DNA of 64,000 bases from Octopus sinensis (Eukaryota): the NCBI RefSeq assembly GCF_006345805.1, contig NC_043001.1, forward strand, positions 2,790,001 to 2,854,000, read 5' to 3'. Position 1 is the first letter of the stretch. Every line of letters begins with the position of its first letter. Below the pieces are notes generated by a model. It worked only from the letters and a program-made list of their open reading frames with translations, had not been told where the DNA came from and searched no databases. The position numbers and the translations under genes are program-made. This document shows, piece by piece, positions 54,033-64,000 of the stretch.

Positions 54033-55328
54033 CTGTGTATATATATTCATTATTAAGTAGCATACACAAATGTATGTAAGAACATACAAACACACTCATA
54101 AGTGTGTGAGTGTGTGCATATGTGTGTTCATGTGTGTGTGTTATACGTGTGTGCTGTGTGTTGTGTGTGTGTGTGTGTGTTTATGTACATATTTATGCAG
54201 TTATGCCATCTAAGTGTTACATACTCATTAAAATATATGCCAACACATTTAGATGTAAGAATGCACACATGGCTGTTTTATAGAAGAGGAGCAACACTTC
54301 AAAATGGAAATTGAGAAATACATTGCGATGTGGTTCCTGTGATGAACCTAACACTGTGTTAGGGGTCTGGGGTCTGAATCAAGCTGTTTTAAAGAATAAT
54401 ATATGTAACCCCTTCTTGTCAGATATCAGTAAAATTTTATAAAAATTTGAAGTAAAAACAGTCTCTCTTCTGTTTTGGGACCTGGAACATGTCTGGAGAT
54501 TTTTCGTTGAAGTCTTCTTTAAATATAGTTTGGTATAGAGTTCAAAGTGTTAGAGAGTGAGAGAAGGGGTGTGTATTGTCTAAAAGAAATCTTTGTGTGT
54601 TCCTGTGGAGGGAGTCATTAATCCATTCGTTACTGTATTTATTTTCAGATGCTCTCTGTTTCTTCCAATTATTTTAAATATAACAAAGAATTTAGTAAAA
54701 TATCTTCGTTATCATTAAGCTAGTACTAGTTTCGGGATTTTTGTCCCTTGTCAACAAGAAGCCTTCACTTTCATTAAGCTAGTGTTAGGAACATAAATTG
54801 TGACTAAGGTTTGGTGGAAGATTTGAATTCAAAACTTATGGAAACAAGACATTTATACTAAAGAGACAGAAACAGTTTCAGCCGGGTTGGTAACGAAAGG
54901 GTTAAAAAGCATTTATTGAATGGGTTTTATGTCCATCTGTGGTGTGTGTGTGTGTGTACAGTGTTGAATGTCCTTTCAATATATTTGGAAAGTGACCAGC
55001 TGTAAATTGATGGGTGTGTATGTTGTGAAGAATTTCTCCTGTTGAAAAAAGAATTGGGATTTTTCTTTGGGTTGGACGTAATCTTTTGAGTTTCTCCACC
55101 TGTATGCATGTGTGTGTTTTTGTGATGCTTTCTTTTGCATGTGTGTTTGTGAGTGTATGTGTATGTTCGTGGGTGGGTGTTTTTAAGATGTTTTCTTAAT
55201 TTGAAACAATTTTCTACATATTATCGTTTTTTTTTAAAAAAATGATTCCCATCATCTCCTAAATCGTTTTTCGCTATACATATATGCCAGCACACACACA
55301 CAAACACACACATACAAACATACACACA

Positions 55329-55500
55329 ACCACAAAAAAGCTTACATTGTGCTTACATTTTATTGAGATTTTCACAAGGACATTCCACCAGTATTCCTTT
55401 TTATTATGAGTGGTTATGGCTTCTACCATATTGTAGGTTCTTATTTTTTTGTCCTTAAGTTTATCCTTCCAACAGACTTCATTATGGAGTATCCTAGCTA
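55329..55500 (-). mobile_element. Short R2/R4-group LINE fragment
   Basis: ARILHNEVCWKDK...KEYWWNVLVKISIKCKHN, homologous to part of 55860-56510. Confidence 0.65.
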
Positions 55501-55859
55501 TGTATGTATACATATCCTATGTATTTATGCATGCATGTATGTATGTGATTGTTCAGTTTATTTCAAGATTTCTCACCAATAGGGAAAGAACTGGTTTCAA
55601 ACCTAGATCCAAGGCTACTTCATTGGAATTTCAACATCAACAACAGGGTATTTTTGTTTGTATGTATATATGACAATTTTTATGTTTTGTTTCATGTATG
55701 TATTCTCATGTATTTAGTTGCATATTTAGACATGTTCATTTATATTTGAATGATGAACTTCTGGAAAGTTTTACAGATGTCTACAGTTCCAGTGATGGCT
55801 TGGTTCTATAGTCTTCAAATCAGTATTTTCTGTTCTGGTTTTGAGAGCTTAATTTCTCA

Positions 55860-56510
55860 AGATTGGTATTTAGGCAGTGTGTTACATATCCCAGACCTCA
55901 AATAATTAAAGATATAATCTGGGTTGAGTAACAGCAGATTTCTCAACAGTTCAGCATAGGTGTTCTCTTTTCAGCTGATCTTTAGCTTTATGTTAACAGC
56001 CACTGAGTAACTGATTTCTACAACTGTGCACAGTTTCTCTTCTCTATCCCAAATCATAATGTCAGGTCTGTTGTGTTTACATTTGATCGAGGTTTTCATT
56101 CCACCACTAATCCTTTTTTTATGAGTGGCTATGGCTTCCATTATACTCTGGGTTTTCATTTCTTTGTCAAGATTATCCTTTCAATGGATCTCGTTATACA
56201 GTGTCAGGGCTAGAACATCATGTCTCATTGGTAGATAATACTGTGATGACATTTTCAGACAACTGCTTATGATGTGGCTGATATCTTTAATGTTAACTCC
56301 ACAAAGTCTGCATCAGTTGTCACATTTTACTGCTTTTCCTGCATCTCTATCCCATTTCTGCATCAGGTATTTGGCTGATATTTCCTGTTCCTGGATTGTA
56401 AACACATACCCTTCAAAGTGGGAAGTAGCAATCTGGTTGTTGGTTCATGATAGACTGCTTTTATGATCGATGTTACTCTCATCTTGGAGCCTTCTATTAA
56501 CATATCCATG
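55860..56510 (-). mobile_element. R2/R4-group LINE relic (CCHC plus REL endonuclease)
   Basis: FTIQEQEI...CRLCGVNIKDISHIISSC...RHD...KCKHNRPDIMIWDREEKLCTVVEIS...KENTYAELLRNL with in-frame stops. Confidence 0.85.
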
Positions 56511-56689
56511 AACGGTCATCTTCTGATATATGCTCACGTATGTATGCAAGTCTGTATGTATGCAAGTCTGTATGTATGCAAGTCATGTATGTATGCATGT
56601 CTGTATGTTGTTTTATATATATACATGTAAATATATATACATAAATATGTATATATATTTATGTATATATGTTCATTTGTATTGTGCCA

Positions 56690-57085
<396 letters not shown>

Positions 57086-57994
57086 TATGTATGTATATAA
57101 AAGTGCATAAACACACTGAAAAGTTGTAAATGTATATATACACACATGTTATGAATATATATCAATGTTTATGTAGCTGTATATAAATGAATGTAAGTAT
57201 AAACGTGTCCATGTATAAATATGTGTGTGTGTGTGTGTGTGTGTATGAAATTTCCCTTAAGACCAGACAGCTCATAGCTTTTCATGTTATTGTACAATTG
57301 GCCTTTGTTTTCTTTTTGTTCGTCCCACATCCTAAGCCAGCCTTCATTAGAACAAATACAATGTTTGTTGATTAACGTGTGTGTATCTGATACACTGATG
57401 TATGTGTGCATGTGTGTGTGTGTGTGTGTGTGTGTGACTATGTTGTGGTGAGTATCTGTGTTGGTGGTGCTTCTGTACGAGGGAGAAAGGGATTGCAGTG
57501 TTGCATGATGGGATATATCTCAATGATTATGTGTTTTGGTAAAGAAGCCAATTGATTCGATATACTTGCTAAATGCTGGGTGGGAGAATGTTGTCCAGCA
57601 TTTATCAACTCAAGCCTTGCATTTACACCTGCCTCCGTACATTCATATACAAACGCATCAATATAGACACATAAATGTACAAACACACTCGTCTATTTAC
57701 AAATGGATACGTAAAGTCCGGAGGGAATACAAAAATAGGTTAACAAACAAACAGACTCACAGATATACAAGAGTGATGCACACACAGACAGACACACAGA
57801 CAGACGCTCAGGCTGACAGACAGACAAAGAGCTACAAGGTGGTGCTCAAATACAGGTAAATCTATAGACAATTAATTTTGTTTAGTTTACCTTTAGACAT
57901 ATACATATTTAATCAGAGAAACAATTGCACACACTATGTGTGTATATGTGCATGGACATCCTTATCTATCTATCTATCTATCAGTCTATCTCTT

Positions 57995-58030
<36 letters not shown>

Positions 58031-58105
58031 CCTATCTATCTATCTATCTCTTTATATATCTATCAATCTCTCTCTCTCTCTATGTATATATATATATATT
58101 ATATA

Positions 58106-58145
<40 letters not shown>

Positions 58146-58889
58146 CTCTTTTACTCCTTTATTTGTTTCAGTCATTTGAGACTGTGCCATGCTGGAGCAC
58201 TGCCTTTAATCAAGCAAATTGACCCCAGGACTAATTCTTTTTAAACCTAGTACTTATTTTATTCTGTCTCTTTTGCCGAACTTCTAAGTTACGAGAATGC
58301 AAACACACCAGCATCAGTCGTCAAGTGGTGTTGTGGGGACAAACACAGATGCACAAACATATACACACACATACATATAAATATACGACGGGCTTCTTTC
58401 CGTCTACCAAATCCACTCACAAAGCTTTGGTCGGTCTGAGGCTATAGTAGAATACACTTGACCAAGGTGCCACGCAGTGGGACTGAACCCAGAACTATGT
58501 GGTTAGTAAGCAAGCTAATTACCACACAGCCACACCACATCACCTGCATATATATTACTGATTATGATGCATGAGAGAGGATGTCCCACCTGTGACCATT
58601 GCTATGTTTATTTAATCAACATTATTGAAGAATTCATTACAAAGTGTCCTTCTTTTCTTTGTTTAGTTGGTAGGAACTGATCAGTGGAACATTTGGCTAC
58701 TATTTCTTGCAGTTGAAACCACTCCAAGGAGATTATCTCATGGATGAGGATGAAGGGTAATGCTGATGCTGAAGAAGATGACTATTGATGTTGCCTTGGC
58801 CCTACACACCTGACTAAACAGCATCACCATCAAAGACATTCCATCATCTTCTTTTCTCAGACATATTGGATCGGAGCTTATATTTGACT

Positions 58890-59120
58890 GTGTGTTAGGC
58901 AGTGAGCTGGCAGAAATGTTAGCACGCCGGGCGAAATGCGTAGCCGTATTTCGTCTGCCGTTACGTTCTGAGTTCAAATTCTGCCGAGGTCGACTTTGCC
59001 TTTCATCCTTTCGGGGTCGATAAATAAAGTACCAGTTACGCACTGGCGTCGATGTAATCGAATTAATCCCTTTGTCTGTCCTTGTTTGTCCCCTCTGTGT
59101 TTAGCCCCTTGTGGCAATAA
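58890..59120 (+). mobile_element. Well-preserved tRNA-derived SINE
   Basis: GGCAGTGAGCTGGCAGAAATGTTAGCACGCCGGGCGAAATG...GAGTTCAAATT...GCCCCTTGTGGCAATAAAG; CpG-rich. Confidence 0.9.
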
Positions 59121-59798
59121 AGTAATATATATTTGACTGTGTGTCCTTTCATTTTTTTTTAAAGATGATGAGGTGTGATAGGCAGGGGATATGGTTGCTA
59201 TTTTTATCAAGTCAAATCACCATTTCTTCTTTGGAAGTTACAGTGGGAGGTAAAACAATGATAATGATGATGGTGGTGGTGGTAGTAGTGATGGTGATGA
59301 CAGCAGAGAAACAACAACATTGGTGATGATGATAATGATGATGACGACGACAAGAACAGAATGATGATGGTGGTAGAGGTCATGGTGATGGTGATGATGA
59401 CAATAATTATGACATTGATGATGACGAAAATAACAATGTTGATTGTTTGTTCAGGCAAGTACCCTTCCCCACTTCTGGAGTGTTTGTATTAGCAGGCTGG
59501 ACCTTCTGTAGAGGGTCCTGCAAATAGGGAGTGTCTTGTGTCCCTTCTTCACTCATGACATTATCATGGAATGAAAGATTATAGTTCTATCCCTAGAACT
59601 CTGCAGTTATGTCTTGAAACCTTGAGCCAACAAGAGGAAGGCTACACAGCCCTTTAATCCACCAGAGAAATACTGCTAAATCTTGTTCAATTATATCTTA
59701 TCTTCTTGCCAGAGATAATTCAAGCCAGGGCACATAATTTGTGACTGAGCACCTTTGATAAGGGATCTGCTCAGCCAAGGACAGCTTTGGCTTAAACG

Positions 59799-59829
<31 letters not shown>

Positions 59830-60729
59830 CAACAACAACAACAACAGTGTTCCATTGCTTTCTGTTGTTGTTGTTGTTGTTGTTGTTGTTTAGGCTTGAG
59901 TCAGATTTATGACCAACAGTGTTCTGTATATGTGCAATGCTTGTGACTTATCGAAAAGCGACAGGTGGCATAATTACCAATTAGAGGTGTTGTAATAATT
60001 GATTAAACACTTCGATGTGGTGCCCAAATGAATGAACAAACAAGTAAAAGAATAAAAATGACAAAGGAGATTGTTTGCAGAAGAAAATAAACTTGAATGG
60101 AAAATAGGAATATTTAGCACCAAAGCAGTGAACACGAGTCATCATCATCATCGGCGTCGTCATCATCATCCTCATCATCATCATCGTTCAACGTCCATTT
60201 TCCATGCTGGCATGGGTTGTTAAATACAAATGATCAGAGAGTTAGAAGTGATATTATTTGATATTCCCTCTGTGATAATGGACCGTTAACCATTTTGTCA
60301 CCAAATTTCTGCTGAACTATTCTTTTTCAAAATAAAATTTGAAAAACATGAAGAATTGATTAGAATATCTTTGTCGTTGCTAAACCGATGTTTGGAACAT
60401 GAATTATCATGAGATTATGATGAAAGATTTTAATTTGAGTCATCTTAAAACCTGAAGTGACTTTCAGAGACCCATGGATGGTCTTAGGAAGATTGATATC
60501 AGAAGGAAATAAGTAAATAACAGCTTTAGTATTTTTCTACAATTAGTGTGCCCAAGGGAGGGGGGGCAGAATAAACTGGCCCCTGGTAGACTTTTGATCC
60601 AGATTCTTGGGAGATAAAACCAAAGAACAGCAAAGGTATTTATTGGTATTCGAACTTTACTCTTAAATTAATGTCTTCAAAGCAATCTCGTTGTCATCAT
60701 TGTCATCGCTGGCATCATTGTTGTTGTTG

Positions 60730-61250
60730 TTATTGTCATCCTCCTCCCCCCACCTTTGTCTCCCCTCCTCTGTCTCACCTCTCCTCTATTTCCCCTCCTC
60801 TTTCTCCATTCTCCTCTGTCTCCCCTCTCCTCTGTCTCCCCTCTCCTTTGTCTCCCCTCTCCTCTGTCTCCCCTCTCCTCTGTCTCTTCCCCTCTGCCTC
60901 TGACTCCTCCTCCGCCTCTGTCTCCTCCTCCACCTCTGTCTCCTCCCCATCTGTCTCCTCCCCTCCTCCTCCTCTCCTCCCCATATGCCTCCTCCCCTCC
61001 TCCTCTGTCTCCTCCTCTCCTCCCCATCTGCCTTCCACCTCCTCCTCCTCCTCCCCTCCTCCACCTCTGTCTCCTCTGTCTCCTCCTCTCCTCCCCATCT
61101 GTCTCCTCCTCTCCTCCTCCTCTGTCTCCTCCTCTTCCTCACCAATCTGCATCATCATTGCTATTGTCATCTTCATCATTGTCATTATTATCTTCACCAC
61201 CATGACAACCACCATCATCATTATCATCTTCATCACCATCACCATCATCA
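60730..61250. repeat. Pyrimidine-rich (CCT/CTGTCT) low-complexity tract followed by (CAT/CAC)n
   Basis: Degenerate CTCCTCTGTCTCCC repeats; these explain the several overlapping long ORFs here. Confidence 0.9.
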
Positions 61251-62277
61251 TAATGTTAGCGTTTTCCAGTTTCCATGCTTACATTGATCAGATGAAATTC
61301 CTTGAGGCAGACTTGCCTCCACCAGATGACCTTCTCATTAATCCTCACCTGTTTCCAAGAACGGTATCTTCCCTGATGAGAAGACCTGGAAATAAACAGC
61401 ATCACTTCTCTAAAGGTAGAACTCAGGAACAACTGTTACATAAAGTGAAGTCCAGGAGACACAAGCACACACGCACACACATACATAAACACACGTGCAC
61501 ATACATACATATACACACACAAACACACATACATAAACACACGTGCACACACATATATATATACACACAAACACACATACAATAGAATACTTTGGTTTCT
61601 CTCTGCAAAATCCATTCTCAAAGCTCAAAGTTGAAGTAGGGAACACTTCTTTGCTTTGGGAAGGGGTTCCATAAAACAGGACTAAACTCAAAAGCACACA
61701 ATTGGGAAATGGATTCCTTAACCATACACCGTTACCTCTGCCCCCAGTGTAACTATTAAAGCTGGGATAAAAGAGATATTCCTTGTATTTGGTGTCTCAG
61801 TACCAACAAGGTCCAATCTTTTGAAAATAAGTTATGAGAAAAACCATTTCAGCAAATCTCCAGGAGCAGCCATTGTTAATTGGAAATAACGAATGAAGTT
61901 GGGGAGAGAAAAATCCGAATGATATCAATTACTGTGAGATTTATAAGTAGCTCTGAATCTGGTTTATAAAGCAATATATTAACAAAACAAAAAATACAAA
62001 AAAAGAAAACATGGAATAAGAAAAAGCGAAAATATTTCTCCAATTCTGTGTGTGATCTCAAAGGTTAGATTATACAGAAGCTTGTCGAATGAGACAAAGA
62101 GCAAATAATATGTAAAAGTAATGAATAACAGCGAGGGCCAATCCTTAATTAAGCACCAAGGATATAAATGAGGGCTGCTGTTTCCTTTTCTGTTCAGCCA
62201 ATAACTACGATACAAAATCAATAAGAATCAATACACAGAGAAAGGAAAGTAAGCAACTACTGGAATAACAAGTAGTC

Positions 62278-62322
<45 letters not shown>

Positions 62323-62571
62323 GAGTAATAAATCTAGAAGACAATATAAAAAACAAATGATTATTTTTATGACAACAATAAAGTTTTCTTTTGGTTTTAG
62401 TAGAAAAACATTAAATTTCTGTCATTTGTAAGATAGAGGTGAGGAAATTAATAAAGAATTGTTACTATGGAATTGGAAATGTCCTTAGAATTTTGTGGGG
62501 TTTTTCCCTGCATTTTTGAAACAATAACTATTGGATTCCAATTTTTTGAGTGATTTTTCTGCTCAGAATTT

Positions 62572-62768
62572 CTACTGATCAATACAATATAGTTTGTATA
62601 GAGAACAATATCTTGGAATCCATACAGCATAATTGTAGATTATTGTTGTTAGACAGCACCATACAGTCCAATAAAATTCCCACATTTCGTAAACCACATT
62701 TGATATCTCTGTATGTGATAATGCAACAAAATACCGCCGAGTATCTTCATATCTTCTCACATACATTT
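62572..62768 (-). CDS. Candidate coding exon, hydrophobic (MYVRRYEDTRRYFVALSHTEISNVVYEMWEFYWTVWCCLTTIIYNYAVWIPRYCSLYKLYCIDQ)
   Basis: Strong acceptor cttttatgttttag, only one open frame, non-repetitive; possible GTATGG donors ending the exon at 62665 or 62626. Confidence 0.25.
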
Positions 62769-63454
62769 CTAAAACATAAAAGACACACACACAAAAAACA
62801 AAAAAAACACACAGGAAAGTAAAAACAAAATAATAAATAATTCCAAAACATTGCAAAAGTTGGTTAGTTTCAAACTTTGAATAACTTGAAATATGAACAG
62901 GAGAACCAAATAATAGATTCTACCCACATATCAAGACTGGATATTAAACTCTGCTTTGGTTTCACTGTCGGTGCCAAAGAGAAGATTGTGAAATCTTTTT
63001 TAACATTTCTGTGAACGAATAATATTTTTACATTTCTATTCATGTTGTTGTTCACTTTCTTATTGCTGTTATGGTATTTGAATGAAAGCAATGGACACAG
63101 TTTGAACAGATTTATGGCATATAGGTATAGATGGTGGTGTCAGTAAAGACCGGCATCATGACCATGAGGTGCAGGGTTCATCTCTACTGTACACCAAGAA
63201 CTGAAGAAACTCAAAACACACACACACATACATGTATGTGCACACACACACATATATATGCTTGTGTATATATATATATATATATATATATGTAAGAGAG
63301 TTTCTGTCTGTTTGTCCCACTAAATATAATTGTGACACCATCTCATTTATAAGTGTGGGTGTTTTGTCCGCTTTCACACTTTAACTATGGTGATGATAAT
63401 GATGATGATGGTGTGACCAGAGCTAAAGTGCCAAAATTTTCAGAATCAACACCT

Positions 63455-63494
<40 letters not shown>

Positions 63495-64000
63495 ATCTTT
63501 CTGTCTTTCTATTTGGCCGTAAATTATCCTGTGGTGAGAATGGTCAGCATTCAAGACAAGGACAACCGCTGCACCAGATATTCATTTATTTATTCAAGGA
63601 TGACCTGTTCTGCACAATTAAACACAGTCAATCTCTCTCTCTTCCACTCTCTCTCTTTTGTCTTTCTCTTCCCTCTCTCTCTCTAATGACTGCCACAAGT
63701 AAACATTAAAAAATCACATTCTGAGGTCAATACCTCCAACTAAAGATTCTTCAAGGTGGTGCCCCAGCATGGCCACAATATAATTACTAAAACAAGGTGA
63801 AAAGAAAGAAAAGATAAAAGAAAATTATAAGAGTGGGTGTTTTGTCCGCTTTCATCAGCAGAGCAGAACTCTAAAGAAATGGCTGTTATTTATCTGTCTC
63901 TCTCTTTCTCTCTCTCTCTAAAAGAACACACACACACACACTCACACACACTCACACACACACACATACACATGCACACACACACACATACACACACACA

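Noticed and set aside
60671-61585. 304-aa ORF and overlapping long ORFs
   Set aside because: Produced by low-complexity CCT/CAT repeats open in several frames on both strands.

Overview
Very AT-rich eukaryotic DNA packed with microsatellites, short interspersed repeats and decayed retrotransposons. The repeat families resemble those of octopus/coleoid cephalopods (inference from motif recognition, not verified). The window looks intronic or intergenic: no host gene could be named, and nearly all listed ORFs are microsatellite or repeat artefacts. Recognisable relics are four Penelope-like (PLE) GIY-YIG endonuclease fragments, R2/R4-group LINE fragments (CCHC plus restriction-like endonuclease), RTE LINE 3' ends with many derived short copies, several tRNA-derived SINE families (one CORE-like), a hAT/Charlie MITE with an 8-bp TSD, piggyBac-like and Helentron-like non-autonomous elements, and an 8 x 53-bp minisatellite. 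The strongest signals are minimal hammerhead ribozyme motifs in PLE-derived elements. One set lies in a 334-bp near-perfect palindrome with a core-intact hammerhead on each strand (24615-24948). The other lies in a tRNA-headed, hammerhead-bearing element seen as long (GIY-YIG-containing), intermediate and short/foldback forms. A frame-preserving duplicated exon-like block (1926-2108 / 4286-4471) and a few splice-bounded candidate exons hint at an unidentified host gene.
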